Source: a virus
DNA: 64,000 nucleotides
Direction: 5' to 3' (one strand)
IMG/VR virus record: IMGVR_UViG_3300042900_000549
Span: 1-64,000 of that record
The translations under genes and the position numbers were made by a program. Below the pieces are notes generated by a model that was not told the DNA's origin, did no database searches, and was given only the letters and a program-made list of their open reading frames with translations. Shown piece after piece: positions 30,214 through 40,300 of this stretch. Every line of letters begins with the position of its first letter. Position 1 is the stretch's first letter.

Positions 30214-31113
30214 ATGGCACTCTGGGGAACTGCAGATAGTCTTTATTCGGTAGGAATTGTAACAGTAAACTACTCAACAAAACAAGTTATTGGATCTGGT
30301 ACATCATTTACTGCTGTTGGAATTTCTACTGGTGATGTAATTACTATTGGAGCAGGTGGAACTTTTGGTTCAGCAGTAATTTCTGGAATTACTTCTGATA
30401 CACTTATTTCAATTGCTACAACGCAATATTTAAGTGGTGCTGTTATTTCTGGAGTTGCTTATACACTTTCTGAGAGACCAGTATATACTCTTGAAGATTC
30501 AAACTACTCTTCAAATGTTGTTGGTCTAACTTCAACGGTTCCAACTCATAACATTTATGGTGTTGACATCTATGAAATGGCATCACTGACACCTGGTAAT
30601 AGTGGTCTTGCTACACAATACGGTGGATTCCATGCGGGATGGGTTGGTATTCATACTTATATTGATATGCATGGTAATCTAAGAGTTAAATCAGAAACTC
30701 TTGTAGCAATGTCAGGAATTACAACTCTAGGGCAAGCGACATTTACTGCTGCTGGAGATGCTCTTGATGATTCTATATTCCCAGATCGTTATATTACTAT
30801 TACTACTCAACCGGTAAGTTTGGTTGGCGTTGCTACAACTTCTACACAATCATTCTCAGTTGTTGCATCAGCAACACCAGATGCTACTCTTGCTTATCAA
30901 TGGCAGTATTCATCCAATGCGGGTGTTGCATATACTGCAATTACCAGTCCTCTTAATAATATCGTTTATACTGGAACGACTGGAACTACCTTGGGAATTG
31001 GAAGCACAACAGTTGGCGCAAATAGACCAGATGGTTTCTACTACCGTGTTGGAGTATCTACAACTGGCGTAGCAACTGTATTCTCCAATGGTGTAATTCT
31101 TGACTATGTTTGA
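30214..31113 (+). CDS. Virion structural protein with C-terminal Ig-like domain
   Basis: MALWG start, HAGWVG..RVKSETLVAM, C-terminal ITTQP...AYQWQYS...YYRV; late promoter. Confidence 0.7.
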   Translation: MALWGTADSLYSVGIVTVNYSTKQVIGSGTSFTAVGISTGDVITIGAGGTFGSAVISGITSDTLISIATTQYLSGAVISGVAYTLSERPVYTLEDSNYSSNVVGLTSTVPTHNIYGVDIYEMASLTPGNSGLATQYGGFHAGWVGIHTYIDMHGNLRVKSETLVAMSGITTLGQATFTAAGDALDDSIFPDRYITITTQPVSLVGVATTSTQSFSVVASATPDATLAYQWQYSSNAGVAYTAITSPLNNIVYTGTTGTTLGIGSTTVGANRPDGFYYRVGVSTTGVATVFSNGVILDYV

Positions 31114-31119
31114 TAATAT

Positions 31120-31506
31120 ATGATATTCAATGAACTAAATGAAGACAACTTTTTATTATTTGCTATTAAGAATTATGAAAATCCTCAAGCAGTCGCTAAA
31201 GAAGATTTTGATAAAGACTTAAATCATTTCAAATATATTAAAAGACTTTTAAAAAGGTATAAAAAAACAGGTGAATTAAAAACTCACCTGTTAATTAATC
31301 ACTTTATTGTTTTGTATAATATATTTGGTGAGGCAACTACTCCTATGTTATTTTTTAAATTGGAAAGAGAAATGTGGTCTCAAGTAAAAACTTTTATAAT
31401 GTTTTTAAATCGTTTACCTGAGTTTCCAAAGTCTTATCTTAATGATATTCAAGTAGATTTAAATTGTTTAGAGCAACTTCAAAAAATTTACATTAAAGAT
31501 GAATAA
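31120..31506 (+). CDS. Conserved T4-like hypothetical protein
   Basis: FAIKNYENPQ, FKYIKRLLKRY, LINHFIVLYNIFG. Confidence 0.75.
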   Translation: MIFNELNEDNFLLFAIKNYENPQAVAKEDFDKDLNHFKYIKRLLKRYKKTGELKTHLLINHFIVLYNIFGEATTPMLFFKLEREMWSQVKTFIMFLNRLPEFPKSYLNDIQVDLNCLEQLQKIYIKDE

Positions 31507-31729
31507 GATTGATAGGGTTATACAATATTTTAGAAATCTTAAAGAGGAAGCGCCAACAATGTCTTCTGGAAATGGAGGATTTAGTGGATCTTCTTCTTCT
31601 CAAGGTCCAACTGCAGGATTTGATCCCGTAATTGGATTTAGAAAAAGAATAGGTGGAAAAATTGATGGCAGATCTGTAGCAAAAAAATATAAAAATTGGA
31701 TGAAATCTTTGGGATTACTTGAAAGATAA
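31499..31729 (+). CDS. Hypothetical protein
   Basis: 76-aa ORF, Gly/Ser linker, GPTAGFDP motif. Confidence 0.55.
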   Translation: MNKIDRVIQYFRNLKEEAPTMSSGNGGFSGSSSSQGPTAGFDPVIGFRKRIGGKIDGRSVAKKYKNWMKSLGLLER

Positions 31730-31801
31730 ATATAATTAATAGAAGTTTATTCTATGCTAAGGTGAGTTACAGGATACTAAACACTTACCCAAAGCAACGT
31801 C

Positions 31802-32188
31802 ATGTCCGAAGAATCCGTAAAGATCGCCGTGTTGGAACAAAAATTGGTAGATCTTAAAGATATAGTATTAAAAATTGATGATGCTATTGAAAAATTAAGT
31901 GAAGTAAACATTAACGTAGGAAAAATGCTTGCCGTCCATGAGCAAAAAATTGCAAAACAAGAAACTACGGACGAGATACTATTTGCAAAAATTGACAAAC
32001 TCCGTGATAAAATGGACGGCGATCATAACAAGGTATTGTCTAGAATACAAGAAATAGAAAAGCGTATTTGGGTTGGCGTAGGAGCAATTGCTACACTCTC
32101 ATTTTTAATTAATCATTCTTCTCTTGTTGGAAAATTCTTGACTCCAGAACCAGCACCTGTTATAATACAGGAGAATATTAAGAACTAG
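31802..32188 (+). CDS. Coiled-coil protein with C-terminal TM segment
   Basis: KMLAVHEQKI coiled coil then WVGVGAIATLSFLI; directly upstream of primase. Confidence 0.65.
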   Translation: MSEESVKIAVLEQKLVDLKDIVLKIDDAIEKLSEVNINVGKMLAVHEQKIAKQETTDEILFAKIDKLRDKMDGDHNKVLSRIQEIEKRIWVGVGAIATLSFLINHSSLVGKFLTPEPAPVIIQENIKN

Positions 32189-32190
32189 TT

Positions 32191-33159
32191 ATGAATTTGA
32201 TTGAGGATAAGTTTATCAATCTTTTATCTCTTCGTTTAGAAAAATTTAAAAAGATTAAACCGGGACTTTATAATTGCCGTTGTCCTATTTGTGGAGACTC
32301 CCAAAAAAATAAATCAAAAGCAAGAGGATATTTTTATGATGTAAAAAATAACACTAATTTTAAGTGTCATAATTGTGGTGTAAACATATCTTTTAATAAT
32401 TTTTTAAAACAAATTGACCCAATTTTATATCGGCAATTTTCTATTGAGAAATTTAAAACTGGAACTACTGGGAAGAATTTTGTAGTTGAAGAACCCAAGT
32501 TTCACTTTGAAAAACCGAAGTTTCAAATTAAATTGAATCTTCCGAAAGCAACAGAAAATGAGGAAGCAAAAAAATATTTGGAAAGTAGAAAATTAAATCC
32601 TAATAAATTTTATTACAGTGAAAAATTTAAATCCTGGGTCAACTCAATACAACACACATTTTCAGATTTAAAGTATGAAGAACCAAGAATAGTAATCCCA
32701 CTACTTTATAATAATAAGTTTGTGGGACTTCAAGGAAGATCTTTAAATTTAAAGTCTATTAAATATATTACTATAATGTTTGATGATGACGCACCAAAAA
32801 TCTATGGTCTCGATGAAGTCCAAAAAAACAAAACTGTCTACATCGTGGAAGGTCCATTTGATTCCACATTCATTCTCAATTCAATTGCTTTATGTGGAGC
32901 TGATGGTGATCTTGATAAGTGGAATATTCACAATCGTGTTTGGATATACGATAACGAACCTCGTAATGCCGAGATTCACAAACGAATCGCAAAATGTATT
33001 GATAATGAAGAGAGAGTCGTAATTTGGCCCGAAACAATTAAATGTAAGGACATTAACGATATGGTTTTATCTGGACTTAATGTTCAGTCTGTGATAGAAT
33101 CAAATACTTACTCTGGTTTAGAAGCAAAACTTAAATTCACTACCTGGAAGAAAATATGA
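32191..33159 (+). CDS. g61: DNA primase gp61
   Basis: Zn ribbon CPICGDS...CHNCG; TOPRIM VEGPFDS, YDNEPRN, KDINDM. Confidence 0.96.
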   Translation: MNLIEDKFINLLSLRLEKFKKIKPGLYNCRCPICGDSQKNKSKARGYFYDVKNNTNFKCHNCGVNISFNNFLKQIDPILYRQFSIEKFKTGTTGKNFVVEEPKFHFEKPKFQIKLNLPKATENEEAKKYLESRKLNPNKFYYSEKFKSWVNSIQHTFSDLKYEEPRIVIPLLYNNKFVGLQGRSLNLKSIKYITIMFDDDAPKIYGLDEVQKNKTVYIVEGPFDSTFILNSIALCGADGDLDKWNIHNRVWIYDNEPRNAEIHKRIAKCIDNEERVVIWPETIKCKDINDMVLSGLNVQSVIESNTYSGLEAKLKFTTWKKI

Positions 33160-35459
33160 GCAATGGAACAAACGTAGTCAAGAGAAATGGTTTAATTGAA
33201 TCTCTTGACCTAGATAAGATGCACTTGATGGTTGAAGAGGCATGTAAGGGTCTTGCAGGTGTCTCTGCGAGTCAAGTTGAGATGACCTCTGGTATTCAAT
33301 TCTATAGTGGAATCTCCACTCAAGAAATACAAGAAATTCTTATTCGCAGTGCAAGTGATCTTATTGATTTGGATCATCCAAACTATCAATTTGTTGCCGC
33401 CCGACTTCTTTTATTTTCTGTTCGCAAGCAACTTTATGGGAAGATGAAGGAACTTCCTAATCTTGAGCAACACATTTACCAGTGTGTTAATCATGAAGTT
33501 TATGATAAGGATATTTTCAACAAATACTCCAAAGAAGAAATTGAACGTGCGGATTCTTATATTGATCACGACCGAGACTACCTGTTCACTTATGCAGGTC
33601 TTCGTCAAGTAGTTGATAAGTATTTGGTTCAAGATCGTAGTAGTGGTGGAGTATATGAAACACCACAATTCATGTATATAATGATTGCTCTGACTATCTT
33701 TGCAGAGTATCCGAAAGAAACTAGAATGTCTTACGTCAAGAGGTATTATGACGCAATATCCAAACACAAAATCAACATTCCCACACCAATCATGGCGGGT
33801 GTTAGAACCCCACTTCGTCAATTTGCATCTTGTGTTTTGGTTGATGTTGATGACACCCTCGATAGCATCTTTAGCAGCGATATGGCTATTGGCAGGTATA
33901 TCTCACAGAGGGCTGGTATTGGTATCAACGCAGGCCGAATCCGTGGTATCAACTCTAAAATCCGAGGTGGAGAAGTTCAGCACACTGGTGTTGTTCCTTT
34001 CCTTAAAAAGTTTGAATCCACTGTACGATGCTGCACCCAAAATGGAATCCGGGGTGGATCTGCTACGGTTCATTTTCCAATCTGGCACCAAGAAATAGGG
34101 GATATTCTTGTACTGAAAAATAACAAGGGAACTGAAGATAATCGTGTTCGCAAACTTGATTATTCAATTCAACTTAGTAAAATCTTTTATGAAAGGTTCA
34201 TTCAAGATGGTGAGATTACTTTGTTCTCTCCGCATGATGTACCTAGACTTTATGATTCTTTTGGTCTTCCTGAGTTTGATTCTCTTTATGTAGAATATGA
34301 GAATAATTCATCCATTCCAAAGAAAACTATTCGGGCACAAGACCTCATTCTCAGTCTCCTCAAAGAACGTGCTGAAACTGGTCGTATCTACATTATGAAT
34401 ATTGATCATTGTAATTCACATAGTTCCTATAAGGACCAAATTACAATGAGTAATCTTTGTCAAGAAATTACAGAACCCACAACACCAATCCAACATATTG
34501 ATGATGATGGACCTCAAGAAATTGCCACTTGTATTCTATCTGCAATAAATGTTGGTAAAGTAAAATCTGATGAGGAACTTGAGGAACTTTGCAATCTCTC
34601 TATTCGTTCTTTAGAGGAACTTATTGATTATCAAAACTATCCTGTCAAGGCAGCGGAAAACTTTACCAAGCGCCGTAGATCTCTTGGAATAGGTTATATT
34701 GGTCTTGCGCACTACCTTGCTAAACTTGGGTTCAACTACGACTCACAAGAGGCGTGGGATGCCGTTCACGGTCTTTCTGAGTCCTTCCAGTATTACCTTC
34801 TTAAAGTATCCAATCAGATTGCTAAAGAGAAGGGTCATTGTGAATATTTTGGTCGTACTAAGTATGCTGATGGCATTCTTCCTATTGATACATATAAAAA
34901 AGACGTAGATCAAATTTCATCCACACCACTTCAACATGATTGGGAAAGTCTTAGGGCATCTATCCTGGAACACGGTCTCCGGCACTCAACACTGTCCGCA
35001 CAGATGCCTTCTGAGAGCAGTTCCGTTGTGTCAAATGCAACAAATGGAATTGAACCACCTCGTGGATACTTGTCCATTAAAAAGTCCAAGAAAGGACCAC
35101 TTAAGCAAATTGTACCTCAGTATCAATCACTTAAAAATAATTATACGCTTCTTTGGAATATGCCTAGCAATCGGGGTTATATTAATATTGTTGCTGTTAT
35201 GCAAAAGTTCTTCGATCAAGCAATTTCTGGAAACTGGTCGTATAACCCAGAAAATTATGCCGATAATGAGGTTCCTGTTAGCGTAATGGCACAAGATATG
35301 CTCACTTGTTTTAAGTTGGGACATAAAACCGCCTACTATCAAAACACTTATGATATTAAGACTGATGAGGTAGTTGAAGAATCAAAACCAGAACTTCAAT
35401 CTCTTCTAAATGATATTATAAGTTCTGATGAAGATGCGTGTGAAAGTTGTGCGATCTAA
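33156..35459 (+). CDS. nrdA: Class Ia ribonucleotide reductase alpha subunit
   Basis: ATP cone VVKRNG, RQFASCV, SNLCQEI, QMPSESSS, C-terminal CESCAI. Confidence 0.97.
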   Translation: MSNGTNVVKRNGLIESLDLDKMHLMVEEACKGLAGVSASQVEMTSGIQFYSGISTQEIQEILIRSASDLIDLDHPNYQFVAARLLLFSVRKQLYGKMKELPNLEQHIYQCVNHEVYDKDIFNKYSKEEIERADSYIDHDRDYLFTYAGLRQVVDKYLVQDRSSGGVYETPQFMYIMIALTIFAEYPKETRMSYVKRYYDAISKHKINIPTPIMAGVRTPLRQFASCVLVDVDDTLDSIFSSDMAIGRYISQRAGIGINAGRIRGINSKIRGGEVQHTGVVPFLKKFESTVRCCTQNGIRGGSATVHFPIWHQEIGDILVLKNNKGTEDNRVRKLDYSIQLSKIFYERFIQDGEITLFSPHDVPRLYDSFGLPEFDSLYVEYENNSSIPKKTIRAQDLILSLLKERAETGRIYIMNIDHCNSHSSYKDQITMSNLCQEITEPTTPIQHIDDDGPQEIATCILSAINVGKVKSDEELEELCNLSIRSLEELIDYQNYPVKAAENFTKRRRSLGIGYIGLAHYLAKLGFNYDSQEAWDAVHGLSESFQYYLLKVSNQIAKEKGHCEYFGRTKYADGILPIDTYKKDVDQISSTPLQHDWESLRASILEHGLRHSTLSAQMPSESSSVVSNATNGIEPPRGYLSIKKSKKGPLKQIVPQYQSLKNNYTLLWNMPSNRGYINIVAVMQKFFDQAISGNWSYNPENYADNEVPVSVMAQDMLTCFKLGHKTAYYQNTYDIKTDEVVEESKPELQSLLNDIISSDEDACESCAI

Positions 35460-35527
35460 GTTTCATAACAATTAAAAACCTTAAATATGTTAGGGTGAGT
35501 TGAGTTCAAATTAATTAAAGAAAAAGT

Positions 35528-36703
35528 ATGCAGTACAATTTTATGGCACCAGAAGAGCAAAACATTAAAGGAATGACGGTTTTTAATACTAAAGAAGTGG
35601 ATACTAAAAAGCAACCAATGTTTTTTGGTGCTCCTCTAGGAGTTCAAAGATATGACTCATATAAGTATCCAGTTTTTGATAAATTAACCCAACAACAATT
35701 AAGTTATTTTTGGAGACCCGAAGAAATCTCACTTCAAAAAGATCGCGGAGATTATCAAACTCTCCGTTCAGAACAGAAGCATATTTTTACTTCTAATTTG
35801 AAGTATCAGATTATGCTTGATTCTATTCAAGGTCGTGGTCCCGGTATGGCATTTTTACCATATTGTTCGCTTCCTGAACTAGAGGCATGTATGACTGTGT
35901 GGGAATTTATGGAGATGATCCATAGTCGCTCATACACTTATATTATCAAAAATATCTATTCAGATCCTTGCGAAATTTTTGATACAATTATTCATGATGA
36001 GCGTATTCTAGAACGCGCCGCAAGTATTACTGAATCTTATGATGAATTTATTCAATCAGCACAAAGTTATGGTACTTCTGAATCTTGGAAGCACAGACTT
36101 GAAGGAGTTAATTACGCAAAGGAGAATCTCAACGATGTTAAAAGAAAACTTTACAGAGCAGTCGCAAACGTTAATATTCTTGAAGGTATTCGCTTCTACG
36201 TTAGTTTTGCTTGCAGTTTCGCCTTTGGTGAACTCAAACTTATGGAAGGATCTGCGAAAATCATATCACTCATCGCAAGAGATGAATCACAACATTTAGC
36301 ACTCACACAAAACATTCTAAACAAATGGAAAGAGGGTGATGATCCTGAAATGCAACAGATTGCAAAAGAAGAAGAGGAGTGGGTTTATGCGATGTTTGAT
36401 CGTGCGGTAAATGAAGAAAAGAAGTGGGCAGACTATCTTTTCAAAGATGGGTCTATGATTGGTCTTAATGATAAACTTCTTCAGAGATATGTTGAATGGA
36501 TTGCAAATCGCCGTATGAAAGCAATTGGCCTCAAACCAGTTTATGATATTCCTGCGAATAATAACCCACTTCCTTGGACTTCTCACTGGTTGAATTCGAA
36601 AGGTCTTCAGGTGGCCCCTCAGGAAGTGGAAGTTGAAGCATATTTGATTGGTGGAATCAAACAGGATGTTAAGACAGATACATTTAGTGGATTTAAACTT
36701 TAA
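35528..36703 (+). CDS. nrdB: Class Ia ribonucleotide reductase beta subunit
   Basis: FWRPEE, EMIHSRSY, LEGIRFYVSF, IARDESQH, VAPQE. Confidence 0.97.
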   Translation: MQYNFMAPEEQNIKGMTVFNTKEVDTKKQPMFFGAPLGVQRYDSYKYPVFDKLTQQQLSYFWRPEEISLQKDRGDYQTLRSEQKHIFTSNLKYQIMLDSIQGRGPGMAFLPYCSLPELEACMTVWEFMEMIHSRSYTYIIKNIYSDPCEIFDTIIHDERILERAASITESYDEFIQSAQSYGTSESWKHRLEGVNYAKENLNDVKRKLYRAVANVNILEGIRFYVSFACSFAFGELKLMEGSAKIISLIARDESQHLALTQNILNKWKEGDDPEMQQIAKEEEEWVYAMFDRAVNEEKKWADYLFKDGSMIGLNDKLLQRYVEWIANRRMKAIGLKPVYDIPANNNPLPWTSHWLNSKGLQVAPQEVEVEAYLIGGIKQDVKTDTFSGFKL

Positions 36704-36709
36704 TGTATT

Positions 36710-36733
36710 GGGAGTTTCTAACTCCCTTTTTTT
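36710..36733 (+). terminator. Intrinsic terminator after nrdB, abutting a late promoter
   Basis: GGGAGTT-TCT-AACTCCC plus T run, then TATAAATA. Confidence 0.8.
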
Positions 36734-36769
36734 ATAAATAAATATAAATTGTAAGACTTTAAAATTAAA

Positions 36770-38098
36770 ATGACCTCTTTCAACATTTACGAAGCATACG
36801 CTGCTGTTTATAATGAAGACCTTAGAGAAGATATTCTTTCTGTTGATGAAGAATTTGAATTCATTGATGGGTTGAGTGATAATGAACTTGATGAAGTAAT
36901 GGAAGAAATAATTTCAGAAGGAACCGATATTTCTGAATGTTTTGAAGTATTTGATGAAATTATTTCGGAAGCAAAAGTAACTATTGGTGCTGGTTCAGGT
37001 GGAGAAGGAGTTGAACCTAGAACAGTAAAATATGGTTCTGCCAAAGTTACCTCAGGAAGAGGTTCTGTAATGGCAGCAAAAGAAAGGCAATCTGCAAGAA
37101 AAGCATCAAGAAGAGCAGAAAGAGTAGAAAGAATCAAATCTTCTGTAAAAAGAGCAGCAGAAAAGGTAAAAACAAAATCTGCTGGTGTAGTATCTGCTGC
37201 TGCTGGTGGTGCTGCTGAAGCAGGTAGATCTGCTAAAGGTGCTGCTAGTGCAGCTAAGAAAAAAGTAACTGGAAAACTTGCTGCAGCAAAGGAAAGAATT
37301 AAAGGTGCTGTTAAATCTGGTAGAAGTGCCGTTGCTGGTGGTCTTCGCAAAGCAGCATCAAAAATTGAACCAAAAGAAACCGAGAAAAAAGGTAAGGAAA
37401 TAAAAGATGCTGCTAAAGAAAGAATTTCCACAATTCGCCCAAATCTAGGTGTAGGAAGAAAAGAACGTGTATCTTCCGCTGGAATTAGATCAACTGGTGG
37501 ACCAATAGGTCGTTCGGGGAGTCAAGGTAGAGCACTTCCTCCTGTAGGAAAAACAAAATCTGGAAAGACTTTAACATCTTCTCAGAGATCTACTCAAACT
37601 TCAGCACAGAATAGGAGACTTTCATCAAGACTTGGTGAAAATTTTGATCTTCTTGCTGGAATAATTCTTGAGGATTTAATCAACGAAGGTTATGCAGAAA
37701 CCTTTGAAGAAGCACTTTATGTTCTTGAATCAATGTCTGATTATGCTGTAGGTGATATTGCAGAATCTTATCTTGCAGAAGAAGTTGAAACTGTTGATCT
37801 GTATGATGTAGTTCTAGAGCACCTACTTGATGAAGGTTATGCGGATACTGAAGATGAAGCTTCTGTAATCATGGCAAATATGAGTGAGGAGTGGAGAGAT
37901 GAAATTCTTGAAACCAAACTTGATCCAAGAGGTCGCCCCGCTTCTGGTCCAATGAATGCATATTCCAAACCAAAATCAAAACCAGACCAAGCACATTTAG
38001 ATGCTATCAAATCATATGAAGAGAAGCAGAAAAAGAAAACTCCAGAGCAAAAAGCAGCGGAACTAAAGGCTTACAGGGAAAGACAAGAAAATAGATGA
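36770..38098 (+). CDS. Acidic/basic block protein, candidate internal head protein
   Basis: Late promoter; EAYAAVY N-terminus, Lys/Ala/Arg-rich core, two L(I/L)xEGYA repeats. Confidence 0.7.
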   Translation: MTSFNIYEAYAAVYNEDLREDILSVDEEFEFIDGLSDNELDEVMEEIISEGTDISECFEVFDEIISEAKVTIGAGSGGEGVEPRTVKYGSAKVTSGRGSVMAAKERQSARKASRRAERVERIKSSVKRAAEKVKTKSAGVVSAAAGGAAEAGRSAKGAASAAKKKVTGKLAAAKERIKGAVKSGRSAVAGGLRKAASKIEPKETEKKGKEIKDAAKERISTIRPNLGVGRKERVSSAGIRSTGGPIGRSGSQGRALPPVGKTKSGKTLTSSQRSTQTSAQNRRLSSRLGENFDLLAGIILEDLINEGYAETFEEALYVLESMSDYAVGDIAESYLAEEVETVDLYDVVLEHLLDEGYADTEDEASVIMANMSEEWRDEILETKLDPRGRPASGPMNAYSKPKSKPDQAHLDAIKSYEEKQKKKTPEQKAAELKAYRERQENR

Positions 38099-38119
38099 GT
38101 TAAATATTAAATTATAAGT

Positions 38120-38144
38120 GAGGGTCTTTATGACCCTCTTTTTT
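38120..38144. terminator. Terminator between convergent genes
   Basis: GAGGGTC-TTTAT-GACCCTC plus T run. Confidence 0.7.
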
Positions 38145-38568
38145 ATTCTATTAATAAACTTTTTTCAACAATACTATAAAGGTTTCCAACTTCACTACTA
38201 AAAAATTTACCTTCCACATTCGTATTGTAGTAATCTTCTCTTAAGATTACATCTCTTTTAAATTGTTCCATAGTCTCGTAAAAACTCATAGATTTCTTAT
38301 GAGGGCAAAGATATAATATTTCTCTTAAGAACTTATCTTCTCCTAATACTTTTACATCTGAGATTAATTCATCGCAAGATCCGTAATATGTTTGCCATTC
38401 ACTTTCTTTGGTTTTTCTTCTTCCTGTTTTACGATCTTTTTGGCGAGTCCAGAAGTGTTTTTTGCCAATATATTTCTTATTGTTCACCAGATTTGTAATT
38501 AGATATACAAACCCTTCCATACCTTTAGGAACTTCTACAAAATCTATATTATTGTACTTCCAAGTCAT
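38143..38568 (-). CDS. Short GIY-YIG (Seg-like) nuclease
   Basis: GFVYLITNLVNNKKYIGKK, YYGS, YYNTN. Confidence 0.8.
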   Translation of the reverse strand: MTWKYNNIDFVEVPKGMEGFVYLITNLVNNKKYIGKKHFWTRQKDRKTGRRKTKESEWQTYYGSCDELISDVKVLGEDKFLREILYLCPHKKSMSFYETMEQFKRDVILREDYYNTNVEGKFFSSEVGNLYSIVEKSLLIE

Positions 38569-38643
38569 TCTATAAGCATTACTAATAAGACTATGTATGC
38601 TATGAGTTTTTGTGGTATGCTGGATATATAGTTTAAAATTCTT

Positions 38644-39000
38644 ATGAAAATTTTTAGAGCACTATCAAAACTCTATAACTACTTGACAAAAGAAAAATCC
38701 TCAGTAGACTATGAAGAACCTCAAGTTCACAAAGAACCTGAAACCCAAATTATTGAGGAAGAAGAAATCTTGGAATCAACAATTGAAAACTGTTATGTAT
38801 CTGATGTGCGCGATTGGGCTATAAAAAAGATTGAACTTCTTCACGAAGCAGATCGTCATAGAAATGCAAAAGCACTTCTTGCTGAGTTTGCCGAATGGAT
38901 TAATATTCCAGAAGGTACTGAAGAACTGGATTATCTTTGTATAGAAGATAATGAGTGGACTGATGAGAAAGAAGTGGATGTGAGGAAACCGAACCCTTGA
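38644..39000 (+). CDS. Hypothetical protein
   Basis: 118-aa acidic ORF. Confidence 0.6.
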   Translation: MKIFRALSKLYNYLTKEKSSVDYEEPQVHKEPETQIIEEEEILESTIENCYVSDVRDWAIKKIELLHEADRHRNAKALLAEFAEWINIPEGTEELDYLCIEDNEWTDEKEVDVRKPNP

Positions 39001-39025
39001 CAAAACCTAAATAACCTCATATAAT
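38997..39025 (+). promoter_or_regulatory. Consensus sigma70 promoter
   Basis: TTGACA-17-TATAAT. Confidence 0.8.
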
Positions 39026-39030
39026 GCAAA

Positions 39031-39150
39031 GGAACCCACTCAAAAAGTGGGTTTTGTCATAATGAGTCTGTGACGTGACACTTAGAGCCGTGGAAGATGC
39101 CCTTCGAGAGAGGTGGTATACCCCTCTTCTATACGGATGCCGAATTCTAT
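39031..39150 (+). ncRNA. Structured GC-rich 5' leader (candidate cis-regulatory RNA)
   Basis: AACCCACT/AGTGGGTT, TGTCA/TGACA, CCGTGGAAGA/TCTTCTATACGG and CTTC-GAGA-GAGG stems. Confidence 0.5.
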
Positions 39151-39158
39151 TAAACTAA

Positions 39159-39803
39159 ATGCAACAATTTTTTACTGTATCCTTTCCCCTTCTGGCGATG
39201 GTTACAACCAGCACAGTAACACTGCCCCAAGTGTTTCCTCCTCCCCCCGTGAATGGTCCGCCACCATTCTCTATTATACGAGAGGAACCTACACCAAAGA
39301 CAGCGACCAGAGAGGTTGCTCCAGTTAAACCAAAAGAAAAAAGACTGATTTGTAAAGGATGCAATACTAATGAAACTAAGACTGTAGAATTTTTACAGGA
39401 ACGTGGAATTACTGACAAAAACGCCCTAGCTACCATTATGGGTAATATCCGACAAGAGTCTACCTTCACACCTAATGTATGTGAGGGTGGTGCTAGAGTG
39501 TCTTATAGTGCTTGTAGGAGTGGTGGTTTTGGAATTATACAATGGACTAATGCTCCAAGGTATAATGGATTAGGAAATCATGCTGCCCGTACTGGTGGTG
39601 ACCCATCAACTCTTGATACTCAATTGCAATATATGATGTATGAAGGTGATTGGAAGATGATTGAGAACCAAATGAAAACTCCTGGTAAGTCCATTACTGA
39701 TTATATGAGACTTGCTAGAAAATGGATCCGTTGGGGACATACTGGAGCAAGAGTTGATTATGCTTATAACTATGCAAATAAGTTAGTTCTTACTGAAGTC
39801 TAA
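39159..39803 (+). CDS. Exported phage-tail-lysozyme-family cell-wall hydrolase
   Basis: Signal-like N-terminus, Pro-rich linker, ALATIMGNIRQES, GFGIIQWT, TQLQYM. Confidence 0.75.
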   Translation: MQQFFTVSFPLLAMVTTSTVTLPQVFPPPPVNGPPPFSIIREEPTPKTATREVAPVKPKEKRLICKGCNTNETKTVEFLQERGITDKNALATIMGNIRQESTFTPNVCEGGARVSYSACRSGGFGIIQWTNAPRYNGLGNHAARTGGDPSTLDTQLQYMMYEGDWKMIENQMKTPGKSITDYMRLARKWIRWGHTGARVDYAYNYANKLVLTEV

Positions 39804-39855
39804 AAACACATACAATAGAATAAATATTGGGGATTGTTACATTTCCCCTTTTTTT

Positions 39856-40257
39856 ATGTTTAATTTTAATTTTGGAAAGAAGAAACCAAGTATAAAACAA
39901 TATGCAATTATAGGGATTGTATTATCTTCCACAATTGCAATACTCTCACAGTGCTCTAGCATACCTAGCAATCAACTCTGGGATTTACTGGATGAAATAC
40001 AGAGAAAATATTTTCCGCAAACTATATTGAATGAGTTTATTATTAAAGATGATAAGAAACTCGAAAGAAGAATTGTTCGGGATGTTGATAGAGCAATTGA
40101 TGATTATTGGAAACAATCTGAAGAGAAACCCGTAGAAGTTCCTGCTCCAATATTTTCAGAAAAACCTATTGATGAATCCGCGTGTTATACCAAAGAATGT
40201 AAGTCACTCGGAGGAGAAATGCGTTTATGTGCCCCCTGGGTTGATGACTGTAAGTAA
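39856..40257 (+). CDS. Membrane-anchored hypothetical protein
   Basis: N-terminal TM helix; C-terminal CYTKECKSLGGEMRLCAPW. Confidence 0.65.
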   Translation: MFNFNFGKKKPSIKQYAIIGIVLSSTIAILSQCSSIPSNQLWDLLDEIQRKYFPQTILNEFIIKDDKKLERRIVRDVDRAIDDYWKQSEEKPVEVPAPIFSEKPIDESACYTKECKSLGGEMRLCAPWVDDCK

Positions 40258-40300
40258 AAAATGTTATATATAAGCATATCTTATTTTTATGGAGATTATT

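Noticed and set aside
21351-36703. Inteins or introns in g43, g41, g61, nrdA, nrdB
   Set aside because: Lengths and motif spacing are normal; no intein termini or frame breaks seen.
36808-37431. 207-aa minus-strand ORF
   Set aside because: Antisense shadow of a low-complexity Ala/Lys-rich gene; no start signals.
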